64,000 nt of DNA. Source: an uncultured Subdoligranulum sp. GTDB lineage: Bacteria; Bacillota; Clostridia; Oscillospirales; Ruminococcaceae. This document shows positions 43,913 to 52,787 of the stretch, one piece after another. Position 1 is the first letter of the stretch. Each line of letters begins with the position of its first letter. The DNA is taken from NCBI RefSeq assembly GCF_904374465.1, contig NZ_CAJFFY010000002.1; one strand, given 5' to 3'. The notes under the pieces are model-generated. The model saw only the letters and a list, made by a program, of their open reading frames with translations, made no database searches and had not been told where the DNA came from. The position numbers and the translations under genes are program-made.

Positions 43913-45010
43913 ATGGCCAATTTTGAATTTTCTGCCCTGGCCCTCAAAGCCGTGGCCCCCAGCAATGATCTGCTCATGGACGACAAAGGTATGCCCAGCT
44001 GCATGGTTTTTGTCCCCAAATTCAAGCTGTCCGATGTGCTTTCCACGGACGACGACAGTACCCACCCGGCGTTCATCGTGAACGGAACGGAGCGCCCTGG
44101 ATTCTGGATTGGAAAATTCCAGAGCAAGAGCATTAACGGCCGGCCCTATGCACTGCCCTGCGAGGATCCCACGGCAAGTATGAACCTCGATACTTTTGTG
44201 GCGCAGGCTCGCGCAAAAGGCACGGGATGGCATGAAGTCACGGCTGCCGAGTGGGCTGCACTGGCGCTGTGGTGCCACAGAAACGGGTGTGAACCGAAGG
44301 GCAACAACAACTACGGAAAGGACGTATCCGAAAGCACCTACAAAGCTATCCCGACGTTCTACGACACAGGCGCTGGTGGAAAGATCGGGCGCGTGGCTAC
44401 CGGTTCCGGGCCGATCAGTTGGAGCCATGACGGCACGCTGGCCGGAATCTGGGACCTTAACGGCAACGTTTGGGAGTGGTGCACGGGAATCCGCCTTGTC
44501 AATGGCGAAGTGCAGGTTATTGACAAGAACAATGCCTGCGACAACGCCACGGACTTGAGTGCCACCAGCGGGGCATGGAAGGCCATCAAAGCGAGCGACG
44601 GCACCCTGGTTACGCCCAACGGCAGCGGCACCACCTCCGGCACAGTGAAGCTGGACTACGTTTCTGGAAAGTGGCAGTACAACACCACTATTTCTAGCCA
44701 GGAGGACAGCAGCCGCAGCTGCTCCTTCAAGGACATCACCTGCGCAGAGGGCGTGGGAGCCGCCGCAAAGCTGCTCCTGCAGAGCCTGGCTATGATGCCC
44801 GACACCGATCTGACCGGAGAAGGCATCGACGCTACATACGGCGGCGACACGTTCTGGGTGAACAACGCCCAGGCGGAGCGGTGCCTGTGTCGTGGCGGCT
44901 ACTGGAGCCACGGCGGCAGTGCCGGTGTGTTCGACGCGAACCTCCACCACCCGCGGTCCGACGTCAGCGCGGCCGTCGGCGGGCGCGTCGCTTTTATCGA
45001 AAACCCGTAA
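43913..45010 (+). CDS. DGR target: FGE-sulfatase / C-type-lectin-fold receptor-binding (tail fibre) protein
   Basis: GNVWEWC motif; the C-terminal 39 codons are the VR; AAGGAGG RBS. Confidence 0.85.
   Translation: MANFEFSALALKAVAPSNDLLMDDKGMPSCMVFVPKFKLSDVLSTDDDSTHPAFIVNGTERPGFWIGKFQSKSINGRPYALPCEDPTASMNLDTFVAQARAKGTGWHEVTAAEWAALALWCHRNGCEPKGNNNYGKDVSESTYKAIPTFYDTGAGGKIGRVATGSGPISWSHDGTLAGIWDLNGNVWEWCTGIRLVNGEVQVIDKNNACDNATDLSATSGAWKAIKASDGTLVTPNGSGTTSGTVKLDYVSGKWQYNTTISSQEDSSRSCSFKDITCAEGVGAAAKLLLQSLAMMPDTDLTGEGIDATYGGDTFWVNNAQAERCLCRGGYWSHGGSAGVFDANLHHPRSDVSAAVGGRVAFIENP
44877..44994 (+). repeat. DGR variable repeat (VR)
   Basis: 104/118 identity to the TR; all 14 differences lie opposite TR adenines. 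Confidence 0.9.
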
Positions 45011-45116
45011 GCTGCCAGGCTGCAAAGCTGGACGGCTGCGCGGTAGCGCGGCCGCTTAAATAACGCGGACGGGAAACCTGCGCCGCACTGACGCCGCACC
45101 AAGGAGGGAATGAAAG

Positions 45117-45500
45117 ATGGCGAACGATGTGCCGCCCCAGGAGGGGCCAAAGCCGTTCTACCTGCGCGAAAAGATTGGCGAAATGGTGAAATATGGATAC
45201 CCGCTCACCATGAGATTCAGCAGAAAGGACCGCGAACTGGCCGACCAGTTGCGCGTTAGTATGCTGACGGTCTACCGTCTGAGCGTGGAGATCGACAAAA
45301 AATACTACAAGAAAACGACAGTCCAAAACCTGGACGTGGAGCTTGCTGTCCTACGACAGCTGGTACAAATGGCGGCGGATAAAGACTTTTACGGCGGGAA
45401 GCATCCGCCGCCGCTGACAATCCAACAGTATGAGGTTTGGGCAAGATTCAATAATGAAATCGGGCGGTTGCTGGGCGGATATATCAAGAGCCTGGCATAG
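45117..45500 (+). CDS. avd: DGR accessory variability determinant (Avd, four-helix-bundle type)
   Basis: 127 aa, basic and helical, placed between VR and TR. Confidence 0.75.
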   Translation: MANDVPPQEGPKPFYLREKIGEMVKYGYPLTMRFSRKDRELADQLRVSMLTVYRLSVEIDKKYYKKTTVQNLDVELAVLRQLVQMAADKDFYGGKHPPPLTIQQYEVWARFNNEIGRLLGGYIKSLA

Positions 45501-45526
45501 TCCTTTTTCTATGGGAGCAAGCCGAT

Positions 45527-45644
45527 AACGGTGCCTGTATCGTGGCGGCAACTGGAACAACGGCGGCAGTGCCGGTGTGTTCAACGCGAACCTCAACAAC
45601 CCGCGGTCCAACGTCAACACGAACATCGGCGGGCGCGTCGCTTT
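45527..45644 (+). repeat. DGR template repeat (TR)
   Basis: Noncoding copy of the VR, rich in AAC in the VR frame; 26 adenines, 14 of them changed in the VR. Confidence 0.9.
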
Positions 45645-45812
45645 GCTCCCCGGCCTTTTGGCGGAACCCCGCGCCTGATATGTGGGCCGCGCCCTACGGG
45701 GAGCGGTCGGTGCGAAGGGGATCAAAGGGGCTTGTTTCCATTCCGGGCAGACAACCCGGAAAAAATGTGAATTGCCGCGAAGGCGGGAACGCCACGCGCG
45801 GCGGGTAGTAGA

Positions 45813-46940
45813 ATGAAGAAAATACCTGAAGGAAGTTTTGCTACGATCAGTAGCTTTGGATGGATGCTTGCTGCACATCGAAATGCGAGGAAGGGAAAGC
45901 GGTACCGGGGCGATGTATTACGGTTCTCGGCAGAGCTGGAAAAGAATCTGCTTTCGCTGCAAGAAGAACTGCGCAGCGGAACATATAAGACCGGAGAATA
46001 CCGAAGAATTTGGGTAAGCGTACCAAAACGCCGCCTGGTAATGGCACTGCCTTACCGCGACCGGGTTGTGCAATGGTGCATCTACTTGCTCCTAAATCCA
46101 TACTTTGACAAGCGCTTTATCGAAGATAGCTATGCTTGCCGCGTGGGAAAAGGGAGCCACAAGGCCGTTGAACGCCTTCAATACTGGCTGCGGCAGATAA
46201 ACCGTCGGCCAGAAACTGGGTGGTACTACCTAAAACTGGACATCTCAAAGTATTTCTATCGAATCGACCATAAAGTGCTGCTGGAAATCCTCCAACGGCA
46301 CATAGAGGACCGGCAGCTGATGGAACTGCTGCGCGGAATTATCTGCAACCCTAAAGAGCCATTTGGCCTTCCCGCCGGAAAGAAACCGGATGAAGTAAAG
46401 AAGGACGAATGGCTCTATGACGTGGGAATCCCTATTGGGAATCTGTCAAGCCAGCTGTGCGCGAACATCGTGCTGAATGAACTTGACCAATATGCGAAGC
46501 ACAAAATGCACATTCATTACTACATCCGGTATATGGATGATGTGTTGGTACTGGGGCCGGATAAAAGCACTTTGAAACGGTGGAAAGCTGAGATAGAAAC
46601 CTTCTTGCACGATAGGCTAAAACTGGAACTAAACCGGAAAACAACAATACGTCCTATAAGCATGGGTATGGAATTTGTGGGATACCGGGTTTGGGCAACG
46701 CATATCGAGATGCGAAAATCTACCACGCGCCGAATCAAGAGAGAGGTCCGTGCTATTTCCAGAAAAACGGCAAATGGAGAAATGGGCAGGGAGGATTTTG
46801 CCAGGAGAAAGGCAAGCATCGAGGGGCTGCTCAAACACGCGAATACTGCATCCCTCCGGTGGAGGCTCAACAAAATTTACACAAGAGAGATGGCCAAGAC
46901 CAAGGAGAAACACGATGTCGAAAGCGACGATCATTGGTGA
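45813..46940 (+). CDS. DGR reverse transcriptase
   Basis: 375 aa with RT motifs, including IRYMDDVLVLG (YMDD). Confidence 0.9.
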   Translation: MKKIPEGSFATISSFGWMLAAHRNARKGKRYRGDVLRFSAELEKNLLSLQEELRSGTYKTGEYRRIWVSVPKRRLVMALPYRDRVVQWCIYLLLNPYFDKRFIEDSYACRVGKGSHKAVERLQYWLRQINRRPETGWYYLKLDISKYFYRIDHKVLLEILQRHIEDRQLMELLRGIICNPKEPFGLPAGKKPDEVKKDEWLYDVGIPIGNLSSQLCANIVLNELDQYAKHKMHIHYYIRYMDDVLVLGPDKSTLKRWKAEIETFLHDRLKLELNRKTTIRPISMGMEFVGYRVWATHIEMRKSTTRRIKREVRAISRKTANGEMGREDFARRKASIEGLLKHANTASLRWRLNKIYTREMAKTKEKHDVESDDHW

Positions 46941-47091
46941 TTTGGAAGCTGTGGTTGAAACACAGGCACGGGCCATTCGTGTTCTGGCGGGCCGCCTTGC
47001 CGAACTGGGGGATACCCAGACGGGCAGGGATGAAATTGAAGAAGCGGATAAAGCATACGACCGGATGCTCGGGGCGGAGAACTGGCCGTAG
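46915..47091 (+). CDS. Hypothetical small protein (58 aa)
   Basis: AAGGAGAAAC RBS; MSKATIIGDLEAVVETQARAIRVLAGRL. Confidence 0.5.
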   Translation: MSKATIIGDLEAVVETQARAIRVLAGRLAELGDTQTGRDEIEEADKAYDRMLGAENWP

Positions 47092-47114
47092 AAACCGCGA
47101 AGGGGAGAACACGG

Positions 47115-47645
47115 ATGGATGAGATTATTCAAGCGTTTGGGGGGCTAACAGTTGGCACGGTGATGGTGCTGCTCGCTGGCCTGGCTGCCATGTGGCGGCT
47201 TTATAAAGCGACCAAGACGGGAATGATTCAGAAATACAAGGAGGAGGAAAAGGAGAAGAAAAAACTCCAAGATGTTGTAAATCAGGTGGCCGAGTACCCG
47301 AAATGGCACCAGCAAAGCATTGAAATTCGGGACAAGCTGGCTGATAGCGTTGAGGAAATCAAGAAGGCGGAGCAGGAAAACGCTACACGCCTGGCGGAAA
47401 TGAGCCGAATCATCTGCGAAAACAATGCCACCACGGCGCGGTACCGGATTTTGAGATTCAATGATGAGCTCTTGCACGGGACGCGCCACTCCAAGGAGCA
47501 TTTTGACCAGGTGCTCGGCGACATAACCAGTTACGAATCGTACTGCGCGGGACATCCGGAGTACGAGAACAACAAGGCCGTCCTGGCAATCCAGCATATC
47601 AAGCGGATTTACCAGCAGTGCATAACAGAAAACGACTTTTTGTAA
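47115..47645 (+). CDS. N-terminally membrane-anchored coiled-coil protein (lysis-region accessory)
   Basis: TM segment GGLTVGTVMVLLAGLAAMW, then a charged helix. Confidence 0.55.
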   Translation: MDEIIQAFGGLTVGTVMVLLAGLAAMWRLYKATKTGMIQKYKEEEKEKKKLQDVVNQVAEYPKWHQQSIEIRDKLADSVEEIKKAEQENATRLAEMSRIICENNATTARYRILRFNDELLHGTRHSKEHFDQVLGDITSYESYCAGHPEYENNKAVLAIQHIKRIYQQCITENDFL

Positions 47646-47734
47646 AGGAGGAATACCCATGGACGAAAAGGAAACCGAGATCATGACGGAAGAAATGGAC
47701 CAGGAAATGCGCAACGGAAAGGGGGTCGAGGACG

Positions 47735-48745
47735 ATGAGTAACAGCGCTCTTGTCAGCTACACCCAGATTAGCCCCAACTGCAACATTCCCCGGCGGTAC
47801 CCGATCACCAAGATCACCCCGCACCACATGGCCGGAGCCATGTCGCTGCAGAGTTTCGGTGCGACGGTGGCAAAGAGTTCCCGGGCAATGTCGGCAAACT
47901 ACGCCATCGACGTAAAGGGAAACATCGGCCTGTTCTGCAACGAAGCCAACCGCAGCTGGTGCAGCAGCAGCCCGGAGAATGATCACCGCGCCATCACCAT
48001 CGAAGTGGCCAACGACGGCTATGCGTCCACCGGATGGCATGTAAGCGATGCGTCGATGGAAGCACTGGTCAATCTGTGCGTGGACATCTGCCAGCGGAAT
48101 CCTGGACTGGCCAACGGTCTGAACTACACCGGCGACGCCCGTGGAAACCTGACCAAACACCAGTATTTCACCGCGACGCAGTGCCCCGGTACATATCTCG
48201 GCGGAAAGTTCAGTTGGCTTGCCCAGGAAGTCAACAAGCGCCTGGCTGGTGGACAGGCTGCGGAGGCAGACGCGCTGCGCACGGGCATGGCCCTGCACCT
48301 GCAGCGCGTCAATCTGTATGTGGCCAGCACGTCCCTGACCCCGGCGGCATCCCGCACGGGCACCTACTACCTGTGGGGCACTGAGGTGGTCAGCGGACGG
48401 GTGCGCATTACCAACACCCCGGCCAACGCGGGCCGCAGCGGCCAGGTGACGGGCTGGATTAACCTGGCAGACGCCAAGGCGGCCGCCGGCATCAAGGACC
48501 AGGTGGACGACAACCGTGGCCTGACCACGGTGTTCATCCCGTATGCCAGCAGCCTGCAGGCTATGGCCATCTTTGAACTGGCAAAGAAGCTGGACCTGGT
48601 GGACCCCGGCTACTATCGGTCGAAGTACATTGACCCGGCCACCAAGTCTACCCAGAAGATGGAGATCGGCCAGATTTCGGCCGGGGATACAAAGCAGATC
48701 ACTGACCTGTGTGACAAGATCGGCGTGGAGTACACCCGCGCCTGA
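47735..48745 (+). CDS. N-acetylmuramoyl-L-alanine amidase endolysin (amidase_2/PGRP) with SH3-like and extra C-terminal domains
   Basis: ITPHHMAG ... HRAITIEVAN ... TKHQYFTATQCPG. Confidence 0.85.
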   Translation: MSNSALVSYTQISPNCNIPRRYPITKITPHHMAGAMSLQSFGATVAKSSRAMSANYAIDVKGNIGLFCNEANRSWCSSSPENDHRAITIEVANDGYASTGWHVSDASMEALVNLCVDICQRNPGLANGLNYTGDARGNLTKHQYFTATQCPGTYLGGKFSWLAQEVNKRLAGGQAAEADALRTGMALHLQRVNLYVASTSLTPAASRTGTYYLWGTEVVSGRVRITNTPANAGRSGQVTGWINLADAKAAAGIKDQVDDNRGLTTVFIPYASSLQAMAIFELAKKLDLVDPGYYRSKYIDPATKSTQKMEIGQISAGDTKQITDLCDKIGVEYTRA

Positions 48746-48858
48746 ATCCCAAGAAACCGCGACGCGGCCGGCGGGTGCCGGGGAGGAAAGTTTTTATCCG
48801 TAAATTCACAAAGGCCGGGCACAAGCCTGGCCTAAAATTTTGAAAGAGGTGTGTTCTC

Positions 48859-49188
48859 ATGACGAGTATTCCTGTTATCGTTTCGCTGGCCATCGTGCTG
48901 GCCATGGTAACCGAAGCGCTGGTGGAGTATGCCAGCACCGTGGTGAGCCTTTTCCTGGAAGGCAACAAGAAGAAGGCCATCAAGCAGGCGGGTGCCATCA
49001 TCGTGTCGGTGGCGCTGTGCCTGTTCATGAACCTGAACGTGTTCACGGCGCTGGGCGTGTCGTTCAGCTTCCCGATCATCGGCGTGGTGCTCACGGGCAT
49101 CTTTGCCAGCCGCGGTGCGAATTATTTCAGTGACTTCGTCAAGCGCCTGACCACGGCGCGGCAGCCTGCCGATAGCTCCAAACAGTAA
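48859..49188 (+). CDS. Holin
   Basis: 109 aa with three hydrophobic segments and a charged C-terminus, adjacent to the endolysin. Confidence 0.7.
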   Translation: MTSIPVIVSLAIVLAMVTEALVEYASTVVSLFLEGNKKKAIKQAGAIIVSVALCLFMNLNVFTALGVSFSFPIIGVVLTGIFASRGANYFSDFVKRLTTARQPADSSKQ

Positions 49189-49195
49189 TTGAAAA

Positions 49196-49238
49196 GGCCC
49201 CCAACTATCTGGTATTCCCGGATGGTTGGGGGCCTTTT
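49196..49238 (+). terminator. Rho-independent terminator after the lysis genes
   Basis: GGCCCCCAAC / GTTGGGGGCC stem followed by TTTT. Confidence 0.8.
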
Positions 49239-49255
49239 GCTGTATATATGCATAC

Positions 49256-49300
49256 GTTGACACCACCGTTGACACCAGTGTAGACACCGACGTTGACACC
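49256..49300. repeat. Four 12-bp-phased direct repeats of GT(T/A)GACACC
   Basis: Copies at 49256, 49268, 49280 and 49292; three of them contain TTGACA. Confidence 0.9.
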
Positions 49301-49368
49301 GCACAAGATTTTGCAGCGTTTTGAGGGAAGAAAGCGGAACGGAGAAAGTCGTAAATGACAAAGAGAAA

Positions 49369-49406
49369 GAGCCATAAATTAACGGGTTATCGTTAATTTA
49401 TGGCTC
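49369..49406. terminator. Perfect 16-bp AT-rich hairpin, bidirectional terminator abutting tRNA-Ser
   Basis: GAGCCATAAATTAACG-GGTTAT-CGTTAATTTATGGCTC, with T runs on both strands. Confidence 0.75.
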
Positions 49407-49409
49407 TTT

Positions 49410-49500
49410 TGGCGGAGTAAGAGAGATTTGAACTCTCGCGGCCCTTTCGGACCCTACGCCCTTAGCAGGGGCGCCTCTTCGACCTCTTGAGTATTACTCC
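49410..49500 (-). tRNA. tRNA-Ser (anticodon GCT)
   Basis: 91 nt, reverse complement GGAGTAATACTCAAGAGG...; anticodon loop CTGCTAA, long variable arm, encoded CCA. Confidence 0.93.
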
Positions 49501-49539
49501 ACAGTCAAAGTGAGAAAATGATTCACTTGTTATACAAAA

Positions 49540-49630
49540 TGGCGGAGAGGATGGGATTCGAACCCATGGTCCGCTCGCGCGAATCGCTGGTTTTCAAGAC
49601 CAGTTCCATAAACCACTCGGACACCTCTCC
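49540..49630 (-). tRNA. tRNA-Ser (anticodon TGA)
   Basis: 91 nt, GGAGAGGTGTCCGAGTGG...; anticodon loop CTTGAAA, long variable arm, encoded CCA. Confidence 0.93.
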
Positions 49631-49658
49631 ACAGTGGCTGCCGCCAAATGCGAGTATT

Positions 49659-49687
49659 ATTTTAGCATGGAAAAGCGGGCTTGTCAA
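49659..49687 (-). promoter_or_regulatory. Promoter of the tRNA-Ser pair
   Basis: Minus strand: TTGACA (49682-49687), 17 nt, TAAAAT (49659-49664). The -35 lies in the loop of the upstream operon terminator hairpin. Confidence 0.6.
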
Positions 49688-49705
49688 GCCCGCTTTGAAA
49701 AAAAC

Positions 49706-50401
49706 TCAACTTTTTTTATCGTGCTTTGCAGTGCGCCGCCATTCCCAGGCCGCCCATACCGCAACCAGCAGGCAAAGCCAGACACCATGGGTCGTCAGCG
49801 AACTCAGCAGATAGGCACCGGCAAGGGAACCCAGCATCCTCTGCAACAGAAAGCCGGTAACCCCCTGCTGCAAAATCCCCGCCAGGCCCAGCAAGAGTGG
49901 AAGGGCATAGCGCTGTGCAGCCCCTCTGCGGCACCATCCCGCCATTAGGAAGCCGCCGGCACAACCCAGGAACCAGGGAAGGGTTTCCCACAGGGTGGAG
50001 GAAGCGGTCGTCGTGACAAAGATGGCGGTGGGGCCGTCGGCTCCCCCAATGATGCCCAGGTTGCCGGATTGCGGCAGCAACAGTCCGGGCAGAAGGAACC
50101 GGGTAAAAGCGATGGCTGCCGCCAACGCTACGAAAGCCCAGCGCCAGCGGCTGGCCGTGCGCCCGGAGGTGCCCAGGGAAGCGTTGAATTCGGCGGCAAT
50201 TCCCTCCGGTGTGCCCAGCTCTTGCATGATGGATTCGTCGCTTTGCCCGCTCTCCCGCCGGCTCTGAAAATCGCTGGCCAACTCGGTCATGATCCGCACA
50301 CGGGTTTTGCGGTCTACCCGCAGCCGGTGTTCAATGGCGTTCATGTACCGTTTTACCGGCGGCAAAATATCCAGGGTGACGTTGCCCATTCTCCATTTCA
50401 T
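49706..50401 (-). CDS. Membrane protein co-transcribed with PadR (DUF1700-like)
   Basis: ATGA overlap with the padR stop; start MKWRMGNV; multiple TM segments. Confidence 0.7.
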   Translation of the reverse strand: MKWRMGNVTLDILPPVKRYMNAIEHRLRVDRKTRVRIMTELASDFQSRRESGQSDESIMQELGTPEGIAAEFNASLGTSGRTASRWRWAFVALAAAIAFTRFLLPGLLLPQSGNLGIIGGADGPTAIFVTTTASSTLWETLPWFLGCAGGFLMAGWCRRGAAQRYALPLLLGLAGILQQGVTGFLLQRMLGSLAGAYLLSSLTTHGVWLCLLVAVWAAWEWRRTAKHDKKS

Positions 50402-50766
50402 GGCGATTCTCCTTCCAAAGATTGTTCCACGCAGTCCACAAAGCGGTGCCAGGTTTCCCGTTGCTTCGTCAGTACGGCGCGTCCCGCTTCGGTTACCGTG
50501 TAGACCCGGCGCGGGATTTTCCCCGGAGAAACCGTTCCGTTCGGGCTGTTCCATTCCGAGGTAATGCAGCCTTCTTCTTCCAAACGGTAGAGAATGGGGT
50601 AAAGCGTTCCTTCTTTCAGATCCAGAAGTCCGCCGCCCTTTTCGCACAGCCGCACAATCAATTCGTACCCATGACTGGGTTTGAGGGACAAAAGCTGCAA
50701 AACCAGCATTTCCAGCACACCTTTTTTCAATTGTTGGGCAAACCGTTGCTCGCTGGTCGCTGCCAT
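50398..50766 (-). CDS. PadR-family transcriptional regulator
   Basis: LEMLVLQLLSLKPSHGYELI ... EGTLYPILYRLEEEG. Confidence 0.9.
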   Translation of the reverse strand: MAATSEQRFAQQLKKGVLEMLVLQLLSLKPSHGYELIVRLCEKGGGLLDLKEGTLYPILYRLEEEGCITSEWNSPNGTVSPGKIPRRVYTVTEAGRAVLTKQRETWHRFVDCVEQSLEGESP

Positions 50767-50924
50767 GGCAAAACCTCCTTTGCTTAGTATTTAGTATTGC
50801 TAAATACTATATAACACAAATGGTCCGCTCTGTCAAGAGCCTGTGCAGGGTGGGGCGGCCCTTTACATTTTTTCTGGCTGTGCTATACTAGGGGCAGTCT
50901 ACATTGATAAGGGGAGGTACTTCC

Positions 50925-52322
50925 ATGAACGATCCTCGTTGGGCGTCCATCGACGCCTTTGCGGAACAAAACCGTGACAATATTCTGCGGGACATCACCC
51001 GCTTGGTGGCTGTGCCCAGTGTGGAGGGCACGCCGGAACCCGGCGCACCTTTTGGCGCCGGGCCCAAAGCGGCGCTGGACAAGGCGCTGGAAATTGCGGC
51101 TGAACTGGGGTTGCAGACCTACAATGCCGACGGCTATATCGGGTGGGCCGAAACAGGCTCCATCGCCGAAGGGCAAAAATTCCTGGCTACCATCACCCAC
51201 ACCGACGTGGTGCCCGAGGGCAACGGCTGGGATGCAGACCCCTATACCGTGCGGGTGCGGGACGGCTGGATTCTGGGCCGCGGCGTGGCCGACGACAAGG
51301 GCCCCAGCATTCTGTGCCTGTACGCCCTGAAATACCTGAAAGACAACGGGGTCCCGTTGAAGTATCCCGTCCGCGCGCTGTTGGGAGCCAACGAGGAAAC
51401 CAACATGCACGACGTGGACTATTACGCCGAACATTATCCTATGCCTGTGTTCTGCTTCACGCCGGACGCGGAGTTCCCGGTCTGTAACGGGGAAAAGGGC
51501 GGCTTCAACGGCGAGATTGTCAGCCCCAAACTGGAAAACGGTGTGATCGCGGACTTCTCCGGCGGTGTGGCCCATAACGCGGTGCCTGACCGGGCCAGCT
51601 GCACCGTGCATGTTGCGATGGACCAGATCCACCTGACGGAGGGCGTTACCGCCGAAGCCGGGGAGCAGGGGACCACCGTGCTGCATGGCTGGGGCAAGAG
51701 CGGCCATGCAGCCATGCCGGAAGGCACCGTCAATGCCATCGGCCTGCTGGTGAACTGCCTGCTGGAAAATGACATCTGCACGCCGCAGGAGCAGGCCTAT
51801 CTGAAGGTACTGCAGACACTGCACGCCGCCACCGATGGCAGCACGTTGGGCATTGCCGCCAACGACGGTCTGTTTGATCCTCTGACCATCATCGGCGGAA
51901 CCATCGAGATGCAGGACGGCGTTATCCGTCAGAGCTTCGACTGCCGTTACCCCACCAACACCGACCCCGAAAAGATGACCGCCGCGCTGGAAAAGGTCTG
52001 CGGTACGGCGGCTCACCTGGAAAATCTCACCAGCCGTGTGCCGTTCTATATTGCCGCGGACAGCCCGGCCATCCAGACGCTGATCACCACCTACAACGAT
52101 GTAACCGGTGAAAACAAGACGCCTTTCACGATGGGTGGCGGTACCTATGCCCGGCACTTCCCCTATGCGGTCAGTTTCGGCCCCGAACACACCGACCTGG
52201 CCATTCCGGAATTTGCCGGTCCTATGCACGGCGCCAACGAGGGCGCGCCCTTCGAAAAGATGATCGAGGCGCTGAAGATTTATATCCTGGCGCTGCTTCG
52301 CCTGCAGGAAATCGATCTGTAA
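50925..52322 (+). CDS. M20-family dipeptidase (PepV/Sapep-like)
   Basis: AVPSVEG...; THTDVVPEG; GRGVADDKGP motifs; GGGGAGG RBS. Confidence 0.85.
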   Translation: MNDPRWASIDAFAEQNRDNILRDITRLVAVPSVEGTPEPGAPFGAGPKAALDKALEIAAELGLQTYNADGYIGWAETGSIAEGQKFLATITHTDVVPEGNGWDADPYTVRVRDGWILGRGVADDKGPSILCLYALKYLKDNGVPLKYPVRALLGANEETNMHDVDYYAEHYPMPVFCFTPDAEFPVCNGEKGGFNGEIVSPKLENGVIADFSGGVAHNAVPDRASCTVHVAMDQIHLTEGVTAEAGEQGTTVLHGWGKSGHAAMPEGTVNAIGLLVNCLLENDICTPQEQAYLKVLQTLHAATDGSTLGIAANDGLFDPLTIIGGTIEMQDGVIRQSFDCRYPTNTDPEKMTAALEKVCGTAAHLENLTSRVPFYIAADSPAIQTLITTYNDVTGENKTPFTMGGGTYARHFPYAVSFGPEHTDLAIPEFAGPMHGANEGAPFEKMIEALKIYILALLRLQEIDL

Positions 52323-52334
52323 ATACCAAAAATA

Positions 52335-52366
52335 CCCCGGACGCATTGTGGCGTCCGGGGTATTTT
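52335..52366 (+). terminator. Rho-independent terminator
   Basis: CCCCGGACGC / GCGTCCGGGG followed by TATTTTA. Confidence 0.8.
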
Positions 52367-52502
52367 ATGCTTCCTCATAATCATACAGCGTCAGATAGGA
52401 AGCCTGTTTGCGACGTCTGTGACGGCCGCAAAGCCATGCCATCAGGGTTAGCAGCCCGCCGGCTGCGGCCAGCAGTGCCAGGATTTTGCACAGGTGTTTC
52501 AT
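52365..52502 (-). CDS. Small membrane protein (45 aa)
   Basis: GGGAGG RBS; MKHLCKILALLAAAGGLLTLMAWLCGRHRRRK. Confidence 0.45.
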   Translation of the reverse strand: MKHLCKILALLAAAGGLLTLMAWLCGRHRRRKQASYLTLYDYEEA

Positions 52503-52787
52503 AAGGACCTCCCTTGTTGAAAAAAGTGCTGCACAACGTATATTTGTATCATAGTATCACAAAAACGGACGGGATGCAAGGGCCGCGCAGCTTTTGCTAC
52601 CTCCGGCGTGGATTGTTGCAGAAATTGCGGGATCCTACAAAAGGGCCGGATTGTCAGGCTGCAAAACTTGACTTGTCGCTTTAAAATGGTAAAATAGTTA
52701 GGTATATAATTCGACGTACTGTGGGCAGAGGTACCGCATCTGCGGAAAGGCCCACCGTGCAGAAAACAGAGAAATGGGGGAAATAGA

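Larger units (their letters stand above)
43913..46940 (+). mobile_element. Diversity-generating retroelement cassette (target-VR, avd, TR, RT)
   Basis: See the component features below. The TR/VR pair differs only at TR adenines. Confidence 0.9.
1..49409. mobile_element. Prophage of a temperate contractile-tailed phage; left end lies beyond the window edge
   Basis: Contiguous lysogeny, early, cos-type packaging, head, contractile tail, DGR and lysis modules. Host-type genes (tRNA-Ser pair, PadR, rnf operon) begin only right of ~49.4 kb. Confidence 0.9.

Noticed and set aside
44881-45770. ORFs 44881..45063 and 45531..45770 (similar N-terminal peptides, MPVSWR...)
   Set aside because: They are alternative-frame readings of the VR and TR DNA repeats, not genes.
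45813-46940. Retron or group II intron reverse transcriptase
   Set aside because: A TR/VR pair with adenine-only mismatches and an Avd gene fit a DGR. No msr/msd-like inverted repeats or intron RNA domains were noticed.
48832-49299. 155-aa minus ORF starting MSTSVSTLVSTVVST
   Set aside because: The N-terminal VST repeats are a translation artefact of the 12-bp GTTGACACC repeats, and the rest is antisense to the holin gene.
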